A stretch of 64,000 nucleotides of DNA from NCBI GenBank assembly GCA_035221665.1, contig CM069156.1, forward strand, positions 41,726,001 to 41,790,000, given 5' to 3'. The notes under the pieces are model-generated. The model ran no database searches and was not told the origin of the DNA. It saw only the letters and a list, made by a program, of their open reading frames with translations. The translations under genes and the position numbers were made by a program. Positions 35,736-48,790 of this stretch are shown piece after piece (position 1 is the first letter of the stretch; each line of letters opens with the position of its first letter). Source of the stretch: Okamejei kenojei. Its lineage: Eukaryota.

Positions 35736-38493
35736 CCTCCAATCCACAGGTGCAGAGACCTTGGTATATCTTCATGTTACACACCCGTGGGCTGGAATCC
35801 GCCATTTAATCATGTCTGATTTTAGCCTACTAATCCCATTTTCCTGCCTTTTCCCCATAACCCTTCACACCCATTCTAATCAAAATGTGTCAACCTCTGC
35901 CTTAAAAATGCCCACTGGACATGGACTCCACAGCCCTCTGTGACAAGGATTTCCATAAATGACGAAATAAGTTCCACTTCACTAAAAGAGCGCGGGAGCA
36001 CCGCATCCATTGTCCTCAGCCCACGGACGCACGGTGTCGCAGCGGTATAGTTGCTGCCGGAGACCTGGGTTCGATCCCGACTACGGGTTCTGTCTGTACG
36101 GAGTTTGTATGTTCTCCCCGTGACCTGCATTAGTTTTCTCCGAGAACTTCGGTATCCTCCCATACTCCAAAGACGTACATGTTTGTCGATTAATTGGCTT
36201 GGTAAATGTAAAAATTGTCCCTAGTGGGTGTAGGATAGTGGGGATCGCTGGTCGGCGCGGACCCAATGGGCCGAAGGGCTTGTTTCTGCGCTATATCTTT
36301 AAACTGAACGAATCTAATCAAGATATATAATTAAAACGGGTGTATTACCACAGCTCTAGTACGGGGTCTTCTGAGAAGTCGTCTATTCTGAGAAGAGCCG
36401 TTACACTTGGACAACTGTGTTTCGGTTTTCACCGTGACTCCGTGACTCACCAACACCCTTCACCCCTTCACCATCTCTATACCGATGGATGAACAGTGCG
36501 ATCATCATGAGTGAAGTTGCCTGCAGTTAATTATCGGGAGCAGCCCACCACAGAACCCCCGACCTAGACCCAGGAACCTCCCTCCTGCAGCCCCACAAGC
36601 ATCAACACCTCCACTTCGCCTCATTCACAAGTATTCGGTCCCAAATCTAACCGCGGCCGCCATGAGCGTTCCTGCCTACGGCTGACATAGTCGTGAGCTC
36701 TTGAGTTTTCTTAACCTCTGCACCTCCCTGTGATCCAGTAACATACTCTTTGAGACCACATTTCGACTGGAGCGTTTGGTAATCTGTTCGGGCGCCTTCC
36801 GTGTGTCCTGGCACCAGCATTTCCCGATAACAGCAAAGCAGCTTGGGTCGTCTTGATTGATTAAATAGTCTCTCTTAACCTATTGCAATTTAGGGTATGT
36901 TAGAAGCTTGTCCTATACATTCTATGTTGTCTAGTGTGCCTCGGTGTTGGAGTTGTCAAATATGCATAGGAATGTACAAGGCATGATTAGTCAGATTGCA
37001 GATGCCACAAAATAGCTGGTAATGCTGACATTGAGGGGGTTATCAGTGGTTAAAACAGGATCTTGATCAGCTTGTCAAATGCTCTGAAGAACTTCAAATG
37101 GAGTGCAATGTAGATAACTGCTATGCGTTGCACTTTGGGAAGACAATCAAGGGCAGGAGCTTCACAATGAAGGCCCGGGGGGGGGGGGGGGGGGTGGTTG
37201 CAGAGCACAATTCCTTAAAAGTGGCGTCACCGGTAAATAGGAAGTGTTGTAGAGCAGAGGGATTAAGAGTACAGTTACATATTTCCATAAAACTGTTGTC
37301 ACAGGTAGACTGGGTGGTCAAGAAAGCTTTCGAAACATTGTCCTGCATCAGTCAAATATAGAAGTTATTATCTGACATTTGCAAGAAACGTTGATGAAAC
37401 CGCAATATGTGTATCGTGTTCAGATTTGGTCACTCTAATGTACGAAACGTGTTAATTAAGCTGAAAAAAGTTCATCGAGTCACAAGGGTGTTGCAAGAAC
37501 GGGAGTGGCTGATTTACAGGGAGAGGTTGAGCAGGTGTCCCTATCCACGGACACCTCACTCACACATTCCGCGCTCACCGATGGACATAACGGTGATCCA
37601 AGGTATTCAGTCAATACTTCATTCCAGGTCACATCAGAGAAGAGCAACAATGGGCCTGTTCCTTTACTTCCTACAAACACGGGTGACTCTCTCCACGTCG
37701 CTGTCTTGTCAAAAGCCTTCTGAAAGTCCAGATATAACACATCCACTGGTTCTCCCTTATCTACTCTACTAGATACATCCGGGAAAAATTCTATAAGATT
37801 CGTCAGATATGATTTACCTTTCGTAAATCCATGCTGACTTTGTCCAATGATTTCACCGACTACCTTCCCTCACTGAAGCAGAAGATGGCTGCCCCCAACA
37901 CTTTGTCCAATTGATATTATCAATTACATCCCTTCACTTTTAGATTGGGCGTCTATGTGGTGCAGAAATTGGGATTTTGTCCTCACTGTAATTAAAATAT
38001 TTACGTCAGCAGTTTGGAAGAGGATGGGATAAGAGTCTAATGTCAGACTACATGGAAAGCAATTTAAAAAGAGGGGTGGTGAATACAGCACTGGAGATGT
38101 TAAATCTAAATGCCTGCAGTAGGCTATACAAGGTGATGAGACAGACAGGCATACAGACCACAAGTCCCAATGACCTCCACCTATGTCTTCTCTAACTGTG
38201 AGTATTTCACAGCTGCACTCCCCTGCACAGATCACATTTATCCTCTCATCCTTGTACACTAGTCTCTTTACGGCAATCTAAATCCCCATTGAATCATCCT
38301 CGTTGTGGTAAACATATATTTCATACATGTAATGGTGGGTCTTTAGCGGAGAGCACAAATTTGTGTCTAGATCTGTAGATCCAATCACAGTGACAGCAGT
38401 TCCAGTAATACATACCTACCAATTAGTCCGATTGTATCGTATATTCCTCCGATTTATAAGTTATAAAAGTGTGAAAAATCTGAACAGTACGAT

Positions 38494-38720
38494 TTTGAAA
38501 TGAGGGAGAAAAAATGGCCAATCAACCGCTGTCTCTAAGGTGGTTGCGTCCAATCAGCAACCGGCTTCCCGTAAAATACCCGTCCAATCAGCCGCTGTCA
38601 CCAAGAGCATTGTGTCCAATCACAGAATGCGCTGATCACACGGCAGCCAATCAGACGCTGTCTCCGAGGGGCCAATCACCGACCAGCTACCCTCACTGAA
38701 GCAGAAGATGGCTGCCCCCA
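38494..38720. promoter_or_regulatory. CCAAT-box array with CHR-like TTTGAA and YY1-like motifs (copy 1)
   Basis: CCAATCA at 38518, 38550, 38584, 38616, 38647 and 38672. TTTGAA at ~38494. AAAATGGC at ~38511 and AAGATGGCTGCC at ~38705. Confidence 0.55.
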
Positions 38721-38804
38721 ACACTTTGTCTCTGCTGTTTGCACAGCGTGTGAAGCATAGAGACTTGTTGTAGGTGTTGTAATTGATAACAGCTGTAGTT
38801 GTGT

Positions 38805-38998
38805 GTGTGGAGGGAGGGGGAGGGGGAGGGAGGGGTAGAGGGAGGGAGGGTGGGAGAGGAGGGGGGAGAAGGAAAGAGGGGGGAGGCAGAGAGGGGGACG
38901 GAGGGAGAGAGAGGGGGAGAGGGAGATAGATGGAGAGAGAGGGGGGAGGGAGAGAAATGGAGAGAGAGAGGTAGAGAGGAGGGAGAGAGAGAGAGAGA
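38805..38998. repeat. GA-rich polypurine low-complexity tract
   Basis: (GGA/GA)n. Paralogue at ~61090-61315. Confidence 0.9.
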
Positions 38999-39253
38999 TT
39001 CCTTCCTTGCTACCAAATGACTTTGCTACCAAATGCAAGAAAGCAGCTATGACATAATACACAATAAACCATATTACAAATACACAATAAACAAGTTATG
39101 CTTTCTTGTACTCTTACATGGGTATGACCGTACATTAAAAAAAAAATCAGCAAAAGGGCATCGTGTAAAAATCCTCAGCAAAATACTGATTTCCAGGTAC
39201 TAGGAATCTGAAATGCTCTGACAAAACTTGGCAGCTCCGAATATATCATGATA

Positions 39254-40409
39254 GACATAGAAACAGAGAAACATAGAAACATAGAATTTAGGTGCAGGAG
39301 TAGGCCATTCAGCCCTTCGAGCCTGCACCGCCATTCAATATGATCATGGCTGATCATCCAACTCAGTATTCCGTACCTGCCTTCTCTCCATACCCTCTGA
39401 TCCCCTTAGCCACAAGGGCCACATCCAACTCACTCTTAAATATAGCCAATGAACTGGCCTCAACTACCCTCTGTGGCAGAGAGTTCCAGAGACTCACCAC
39501 TCTCTGTGTGAAAAAAGTCTTTCTCATCTCGGTCTTAAAGGATTTCCCCCTTATCCTTAAGCTGTGACCCCTTTGTCCACTGGGACATTCCCCCAACATC
39601 GGGAACAATCTTCCTGCATCTAGCAGTCCCAAGCCCTTAAGAATTTTGTTAAGTTTCTATAAGATCCCCTCTTAATTCCTAAATTCCAGAGAGTATAAAC
39701 GAGTCTATCAGTCTTTCTTCATAAGACAGTCCTGACATCCCAGGAATCAGTATGGTGAACCTTCTCTGCACTCCCTCTATGGCAATAATGTCCTTCCTCA
39801 GATTTGGAGACCAAAACTGCACGCAATACTCCAGGTGTGGTCTCACCAAGACCCTGTACAACTGAAGTAGAACCTCCCTGCTTCTCTGTACTCAAATCCT
39901 TTTGCTATGAAAGCTAACATACCATTCGCTTTTTTTTTCACTGCCTGCTGCACCTGCATGCCTACTTTCAATGACTGGTGTACCATGACACCCAGGTCTC
40001 GCTGCATCTCCCCTTTTCCTAATCGGCCACCATTTAAATAATAGTCCCTGCTTTCCTGTTTTTGCCACCAAAGTGGATAACCTCACATTTATCCACATTA
40101 TACTGCATTCTGCCAACATTTGCCCACTCACCCAGCTATCCAAGTCACCTTGCAGTCTCCTAGCATCCTCCTCACAGCGAACACTGCCCCCCAGCTTAGT
40201 GTCATCCGCAAACTTGGAGATATTGCCTTCAATTCCCTCATCCAGATCATTAATATATATTGTAAATAGCTGGGGTCCCAGCACTGAGCCCTGCGGTACC
40301 CCACTAGTTACTGCCTGCCATTGTGAAAAGGACCCGTTTACTCCTACTCTTTGCTTCCTGTTTGCCAGCCAGTTCTCTATCCACATCAATACTGAACCCC
40401 TAATACTGT
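39254..40409 (-). mobile_element. CR1 insertion with ATGATA target-site duplication
   Basis: ATGATA at 39248-39253 and 40410-40415. Empty site at ~61553-61560. (CATAGAAA)n tail. RT motifs [11 protein letters not shown] and FADD. Confidence 0.92.
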
Positions 40410-41104
40410 ATGATATCGGCAAACTACAAAAAAAACCTTAAAATCCATTCATTGCACTCTATAGATTCCCTGTGTACTGTAAAGTTAGCTTTCTACATTA
40501 CATAAAGATATGTTTAAATGGAATAAAGATGTTCCCTGTGTATTTTGTCTCATGGCAACGCAATTATCACAATCTGTCTGTTGCATGCACCATCTGCTGG
40601 TCAATCTTGGTCAGTAAGAATAGATTGGCAAGTGATGTTCTCACCATAGGTAGACAAAAGTGCTGGAGAAACTCAGCGGGTGCAGCAGCATCTATGGAGC
40701 GAAGGAAATAGGCACCGTTTCGGGCCGAAACCCTTCTTCAGACTGTTCTCACCATGCTGTTCACCTGTGTAGCCACTTGCTAGTAACTGTAGACAATATA
40801 CAATAGACAATAGGTGCAGGAATAGGCCATTTGGCCCTTCCTGCCGGCACCGCCATTCAATGTGATCATGGCTGATCATCCCCAATCATCCTACAAACAC
40901 AGGGACATCATCTCCCAGATTGTTTACGATCTCATCACCAATTCTCCTATTACCTGCCACACTTTGTCCTGCCCCTCCTCTCTTGTAGCTTTCTTCCCCT
41001 CCCTCCCGTACAATCATCCGAATAAGGGTCCTAACTTGAAACGTCACCTATCCAGGCTCGCTGGATATGCTGCCGGACCTGCTGAGTTGCTCCACAAACC
41101 CCAA

Positions 41105-44040
41105 CACCTGACTCTCTTGAATTTTAGGCATGTTTCTGGTGTCTTCCACTGTGAAGACTGCAGCAAAAAAGTTGACATTTCTTTATTCCCCATTATCACT
41201 TCTCCTGTATCATTTTCCAGCGGCCCAACTTTCACTCTAGCCTTTCTTACTCTTTATATAACTGAAGAAACTATTCCTATCCTCTTGTATATTATTGGTT
41301 ACCTTACTTTCATATTTCACCTTTTCTCCCGTATTGCCTTTTTAATTACCTTCTGTTGTTCTTTAAAAGCTTCCCACTCATTTGGTTTCCTATAAATCTT
41401 TGCTATATGCCTTCTCTTTTTCTTTTATACTGTCCTTGACTTCCCTTGTCAGCCATGATCGCCTCTTTCTCCCCCTGAAACTTTCATCTTCTTTTGAATA
41501 AAAAGATCCTGCATCTTTCGGATTATTCCCAGAAATTCCTGCCATTGCTGTTCCACCGTCACCCATGTTAGGGTCTCTTTCCAGTCAACGTTTGCCAACT
41601 CCTCCTCGTGCCGCTGTAATGGCCTTTGCTCAGCTGCAATCCGACATATCCGATTTCACCTTCTCCCTCTCAAATTGCAGGTTAAAACTTGTCATGTTGT
41701 GATCGCGACCTCCTAATGTTCCCTTTACCTTGAGTATCAAATCGGAGGGCCCTGAGTAGTGTTGCGGAGCAGAGGTATCTTAGAGTGCAGGTCCCGGTGT
41801 GTTCGGCAGAGGTGAGCAGAGAGGGGATGGGAGTCGGGAGTCAAAGATGGGACCTGCCGCACCCGTCCCGGGATGGAAGTGTGGGTCTGGTCCTGATCCC
41901 CTGCCTGTGGATGCGACTACAGCTAAAGGGACAAGTTTAGGTTTATTATTGTCACGTGTACCAGCGTAGAGTGAAATTCTTTATTTTGCATACATTTCAG
42001 TAAAATCATACTATACATAATCACAATAATTAATAAGCATTGAAATGCGTTGGTGGGAATGTAAGATTAGTGGACTTCAATGAGACAGTTCACAGATTTT
42101 CAAAGCAGGTCAGGCAGCATCTCTGGAGAACGTGGGTAGGAGACATCGGGATCCTTCTGCTGATTCAGTCTGATGAGTCAGTCCAGCATTTTGTGTCTTA
42201 GACCTTAAAACTTGGCGCCAATGCAACTGGTCTTCATCAGCGAGCCCTTCTTGGCGTGGCTGTTATCGTGGCTCATGTTGTAGTGCTGGCCGACAACGCT
42301 TTTTTCAGGCTGCTGCCAACGACAAGTCTCATTCTGTCACCGGGGGCTGACCTGTTGCCGCCTCCAAAGTTGAGTATGTTGGTGACTGTGGCGGGAAATA
42401 ATGAGTATCTGGTGGGGGTGGGGTTGAGGCCAAGTGGGCAGTGGCGGTCCAGACGGGAGCGGACAAATGTACCGCCAACACAAGAAGCAGCAGCCGGTGA
42501 GAGCCCCATAGTCAGAGACTGAAAGTATCTGTCAGTGCCTAAAGAAACCATTACAAGGGGAGCCGCAACAACAGATGCATCACTCAGACCTTGCTATAGG
42601 TGAAGAAGGGCTCGCTAGTGCACCTTGCAAGTTGGAGGTGGGGTTGAATGCCGGGGCTCTGAACGGCTGGTGAGATGGTTCGAGCCTGGATGGCGCGAGC
42701 AGGTCCGTCCGCTGTATTCGAAATCCATTATAACGGGCTACATTAAACGAGGGTTTACAGTACTCGGCTGGTCGGGAAGCATCTCCTGGGGAGCAAGTGA
42801 AATGTCTCAGCTCTGCTTCTCTCTCCACATAAGTTGCCTGAGCTGTTGATCATTCCTAGCATGGTCCGTCTTTGTCTCGGAATTCCAGCTTCTGTAAATT
42901 TTGTGTTCCATATAAAAGTTGGCACCTGAGATTAAGGACCGGTGAAGCAGCGTCTATCCGTACTTGCTGGAGTTCAGCAGAAAGAGAGGTAATCTAATCG
43001 GCTTTCCAGTCTGAAGAAGGGTCGTGATTCGATGCATCAACTCTCTATTGTCTCCAGAGATGCTGCCTGAACCACAGGGTTACTGCAGCACTTTGTGTCC
43101 CTTTGTGTAAACCAGTTTCTGCAATATCTTGTTTATTCATAGGCTTCTCTTGTGGTTTTCAGGTTAATTTGGAGACATGGAGAAAGTGGTGATTGTATCA
43201 AATTAACAGATGCTTGGTCTCTGCCCTTCCTATGTGGATCTGCAGCCTCTCTTCCAGCTTTCTCACTCCTTCTACAGTCAGTCTGAAGGGACCCAACCCG
43301 AAACATCATGTCCTCCAGAGATGTTTCCTGAAATGTTGAGTTGCTCCAGCACATTGTGTTTTACCCATGATTCCAGCACCTGCGGTTTCTTGTGGCTCTG
43401 GATCTGTGAGCTGATTAGTGGGCCTCGCTGATCACCAACTGTGGACTTTGGAGCCTTCTCTTTCTGCTCGCCGGGCAATGAACAGAGTGTGTGTTAATGC
43501 TTTGCTCCACCAGTTCCCTGACTCAGTTTTAGCATTCTCAACCTCATGTTCAAATCACTCCTAGGCCCTCATTCCCTCTCTTTCTCTGGAACCTCTTCCA
43601 GTCCTACAACCCTCGGAAACCTTTGATGTTCAATTTAAATCTTCATATCTCTGCACTCTCCAACTACCCACAGTGGTTTGGCTGCCTTGACTCTCAGCTC
43701 TAAGCATGCCCCACTGAACCTCCACTGCCCCTTTCACGTCATTATGTAATTTAGCTCCTAATCTCACACAGTTAGTCTGGTTCAGTAAAACACTGAGTCA
43801 AGCTCTGGATCAACTAACTTCTTCACTTCTCAAACACAAAAACACTTCCTATATGTTACTTAACCAACACCGTGGGTGCGATCCTTCTCTCTATTCATCC
43901 ACGCCCTTCAGCGAATAGACACCTCCAGATGGTCAGCACCTCCAGATAGTCTCACGTGGTCTCTCCTCTTTTATACCATATCGGACCCGTGGTATGAGAT
44001 ATATAGGGGGGGGGGGGGGGGGGGGCAAGCCCTACGAGCC
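41105..44040. repeat. Segmental duplication block Y' (copy 2)
   Basis: Paralogue of 24600-27040. Confidence 0.9.
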
Positions 44041-44749
44041 AAACACAAATAAAGATCATATAATACATTAATTGACAGTTCCCTAATCCAGTCACAAAAT
44101 ACCCCACTACATTGTTTCCACATGAGGTTCTAAATGGAAGACAGTTCCCTTTGGTAGCAAAGACATTTGGTAGCAAGGAAAGAATCTCTCTCTCTCTCTC
44201 TCGCTCTCTCTCTCTCTCTCGCTCTGTCGCTCTCCTTTCTACCTCTCTCTCTCCTTAACCAATCATGATCATGCATTTGCATCAGGACCCAGCTCCTTCT
44301 GCAAAACCATCATACATATTATCAATTGGAGGACATCTGGACATCACCCTGTACTTAACTTCCTCCCAGGTCACAGACATCTGGAGCCATGATCCTCATG
44401 GTCTTTGCAGCCTTTTGCTAAAACATGCCAAGCAGGTTTTGCAAAGGCAGAAATCCTCCATTTTCTCACATACTAAATTGGCCAATATAGAAACATAGAA
44501 ACATAAAAAATAGGTGCAGCAGTAGGCCATTCGACCCTTCAAGCCTGCACCGCCACTCAATATGATCATGGCTGATCATCCAACTCAGTATCCTGTACCT
44601 GCCTCTCCATACCCATATAACCATATAACCATATAACAATTACAGCACGGAAACAGGCCCTCTCGGCCATTCCAGTCCGTGCCGACCATTTGTTTTCCCC
44701 TAGTCCCATCTACCTGCACTCAGACCATACCCCTCCATTCCCTTCCCGT

Positions 44750-47530
44750 CCATATACCTATCCACTTTACTTTTAAATGTTAAAATCGATCCTGCCTCCA
44801 CCACTTCTGTTGGAAGCTCATTCCACACAGCCACCACCCTCTGAGTAAAGAAGATCCCCCTCACGTTACCCCTAAACTTCTGTCCCTTAAATTCTCATGT
44901 CATGCCCTCTTGTTTGAATCTTCCCTACCCTCAATGGGAAAAAAAAGCTTATCCACGTCAACTCTGTCTATCCCTTTCATCAGTTTAAAGACCTCATCAA
45001 GTCCCCCCTTAACCTTCTGCGCTCCAAAGAATAAAGACCTAACTTATTCAACCTTTCTCTGTAACATAGTTGCTGGAACCCAGGCAACAGTCTAGTAAAT
45101 CTCCTCTGTACTCTCTCTATTTTGTTGGACATCCTTCCTATATTAGGCGACCAAAATTGTTACACCATACTCCAGAATTGGTCTTACCAATGCCTTGTAC
45201 AATTTTAACATTACTTCCCCACTCCTATATTCAAATGCTCTGTGATTTATAAAGGCCAGCACACCAAAGGCTTTCTTTACCACCCTATCTACATGCGATT
45301 CCACCTTCAGGGAACTATGCACAGTTATTCTTAGATCTCTCTGTTCCACAGAATTCCTCAATTCCCTACCATTTACCATGTACGTTCTATTTTGATTTGT
45401 CCTGCCAAGATGTAGCACTTCACACTTATCAGCATTAAACTCCATCTGCCATCTTTCAGCCCACTTTTCCAAATGGCCCAAATCTCTCTGTAGACTTTGA
45501 AAATCTACTTCATTATCCGCACCACCTATCTTAGTATCATCTGCATACTTACTTATCCAATTTTCCACCCCATCATCCAGATCATTGATGTACATGACAA
45601 ACAACAGTGGACCCAACACAGATCCCTGAGGCACCCCACTGGTCACCGGCTTCCAACCTGACAAACAGCCATCCACCATTACTCTCTGACATCTCCCATT
45701 CAGCCACTGTTGAATCCATCTTGCTACTCCGCCATTAACACCCAAAGATTGAACCTTCTTAACCAACCTTCCATGGGGAACCTTGTCAAAGGCCTTACTG
45801 AAATCCATATAGACAATGTCGACTGCTTTACCCTCATCACTTTCCCTAGTAACCGCTTCAAAAAATTCAAGAAGGTTTGTCAAACATGACCTTCCAGGCA
45901 CAAATCCATGTTGACTGTTCCTGATCAGACCCTGTTTATCCAGATGCTTATATATATTATCTCTAAGTATCCTTTCCATTAATTTGCCCACCACTGACGT
46001 CAAACTAACAGGTCTATAATTGCTAGGTTTATTCTTTGAACCCTTTTTAAACAATGGAACAACATGCGCAGTACGCCAATCCTCCGGCACTATTCCCGTT
46101 TCTAATGACATTTGAAATATTTCTGTCATAGCTCCTGCTATTTCAACATTAACTTTCCTCAATGTCCTAGGGAATATCCTGTCAGGACCTGGAGACTTAT
46201 CCACTTTTATATTTTTCAAAAGTGTCAGTACTTCCTCCTCTTTGAATCTCATAGTTTCCTTAGCTACTCTACTTTTTTCCCTTACCTCACAGAGTTCAAT
46301 ATCCTTCTCCTTGGTGAATACTGAAGAAAAGAAATTGTTCAATATCTCCCCCATCTCTTTTGGCTCTGCAGATAGCTGTCCATTCTGGCTCTCTAATGGT
46401 CCAATTTTATCCCTTGTTATCCATTTGCTATTAATATAGCTGTAGAAACCATTTGGATTTACTTTCACCTTTCTTGCCAAAGAAACCTCATATCTTCTTT
46501 TCGCCTTCCTAATTTCTTTCTTAAGATTCTTTTTTACATTCATTATACTCCTCTAGCAACCTCATTTACTCCATGCCTCCTATAATTATTGTTAGATATC
46601 TTTTTTTCGAAACAAGTGTCCAATTTCCCTTGAAAACCATGGCTCTTTCCAATTTTTTTCTATTTCCTTTCAACCTAACAGGACATAAAGATTCTTGTAC
46701 TCTTATAATTTCCCCTTTAAATGTCCTCCATTTCTCTTCTACATTCTTCCATAAAACAAAGTGTCCCAATTCACTCCTTTTAAATCCCTTACGCATTCCC
46801 TCAAAGTTAGCCTTTCTCCAATCAAAAATCACCACCCTAGGTCCAGTTCTGACTCTCTCCAAAATTATATTGAAACTATATAATGGTGTTGTGATCACTG
46901 GTCCGAAGTGCTCACCAACGCATACCTTCGTCACCTGACCTGCCTCATTTCCTAACAGGAGGTCCAGCACTGCCCCTTCTCTGGTCGATACCTCTATGTA
47001 CTGCTGCAAAAAAGTATCCTGCATACATTTTACAAACTCCAAACCATCCAGCCCATTTACAGAATGTGTTTCCCAGTCTATTTTTGGAAAATTGAAATCT
47101 CCCACAATCACTACCTTGTGCTTACTACTAATATCTGCTATCTCCTTACATATTTGCTCTTCCAATTCGCGCTCCCCATTTGGCGGTCTATAATACACCC
47201 CTAAAAGTGTTGCTACACCATTCCCACTTCTCAGTTCCACCCAAATAGCCTCCCTAGACGAGCCCTCTAATCTATCCTGCCAAAGCACTGCTGTAATATC
47301 CTCTCTGACAAGCAATGCAACTCCTCCACCTCTGGTCCCCCCAATTCTATCACACCTGATATTTAGTTTCCAATCACAGCCCTCCTGCAACCATGTTTCA
47401 CTGATTGCCACAACATCATATTTCCAGGTGTCAATCCAGGCTCTAAGTTCATCCACCTTTCTTACAGTGCTCCTAGCATTAAAATATACACATTTTAGAA
47501 ACCCACCATCCCTTATTCTCTGTCTATTAT
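44750..47530 (-). pseudogene. CR1 ORF2: AP endonuclease plus reverse transcriptase (few frameshifts)
   Basis: 408-aa piece (YFNARS, ISETWL, GVYYRPP, VGDFNFP) and 466-aa piece ([28 protein letters not shown]). Confidence 0.92.
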
Positions 47531-47706
47531 CTTTTTCCTCTTTCTCGCCTACATTTTGGGTCCGAGTGCTTCCCTTCTCTGCCTCTTGCCCCACACCCTG
47601 TCCCCTAGCCCCCTCTACCCGAGTCCCTCTCCCCAGCCTTTCTAGTTTAAAGTCTCTCCGGTAGCCTTTGCAAATCTCCCTGCCAGGATATTGGTCCCCC
47701 TCGGGT

Positions 47707-48582
47707 TCAAGTGCAAACCCGTTCCTTTTTGTACAGATCATGCCTTCCCCTAAAGAGGTCCCAGTGATCAAGAAACTTGAATCCCTGCCCACTGCACCAG
47801 TCTCTCAGCCATGCATTTATCCTCCACCTCATTCCATTCCTACTCTCACTGTCACGCGGCACAGGCAGTAATCCTGAAATCGTTACCCTTTTGGTCCTTC
47901 TCCTTAACTTGCCCCCCAACTCCCTAAATTTTCCCTTCAGGACCTCGTCTCTTTTCCTGCCTATGTCATTTGTACCTATGTGTACCACAACATCAGGCTC
48001 CTCTCCCTCCCTTTTCAGAATCTTTAGGACACGTTCCGACACATGCGAGACCCTGGCACCAGGGAGGCAAACTACCATCCGGGTCTCCCGACAGCGTCCA
48101 CAGAATCGGCCCATCCGACCCCCTAAAACTATAGCCACCAGTCCCCTATTACAATCGCACTCCTCTTTTTGCTACCCTTCTGAGCATCAGGGGCCGGTCT
48201 CTGTGCGGAGGCCGTCCGCTGCTGTTTGCCCCAGGTAGGCTGTCCCTCCAATCGTACTCAAACCCGAGTACCTATTTTCCAGGTGTACAGTCACAGGGGT
48301 ACTCTCTAGCCCCTGCCTCTGCCCCTTGCCCTTCCTAACCGTGACCCACTTGTCTGCCTCCTGTGGTCTGGGAGTGACTACCTCCCTGTAGCTCCTCTCT
48401 ATGACCTCCTCACTCTCCCTGACCAGACGGAGGTCATCGAGCTGCTGCTCCAGGTTCCTAACACAGTCCTTTAGGAGCCCCATCTCGAAACACCTGCCGC
48501 AGATGTGGACGTCTGGAGGGCTATCAGATTCCCTGACCTCCCACATCTGACATCCAGAACAGTACACTGCCCTTGCCTTCAT
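47707..48582 (-). pseudogene. CR1 ORF1: Zn-finger/coiled coil plus SGNH-esterase-like domain (frameshifted)
   Basis: CSGC...HICGRC, then a coiled coil LEQQLDDLRL. Second piece RMVVCLPGARV...VVVHIGTNDI...RINAWLRDWC. Confidence 0.85.
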
Positions 48583-48790
48583 ACTCCCCCCTTACGCAGA
48601 ATACAATATCAACACAATACGAAATCACTACAAACTGCTGAAAAATCTGATCGCCAATCAGCTGCTTACCCTAGTCCACTTCCCACCAATCAGCTGCTTA
48701 CCCTAGTCCACTTCCCCCCCCACCCCCCTCCCAAATCAGCGGCTTCCTCAAAAAAAACACTTCTCTGAATGAAATGTTATGGATTTAGGT

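Larger units (their letters stand above)
27045..37708. repeat. Segmental duplication block X' (copy 2)
   Basis: Paralogue of 16363-24167 with extra segments at ~28288-28416, ~28940-30430, 31537-32390, ~34135-34610 and ~36410-37010. Confidence 0.9.
37705..40800. repeat. Segmental duplication block Z (copy 1; empty ERV site at 38368-38371)
   Basis: Colinear with 50115-50780 plus 60650-61930. Confidence 0.9.

Noticed and set aside
38676-39062. Ser/Pro/Leu-rich ORFs (also at 60901-61357)
   Set aside because: Translations of a GA/CT low-complexity tract.
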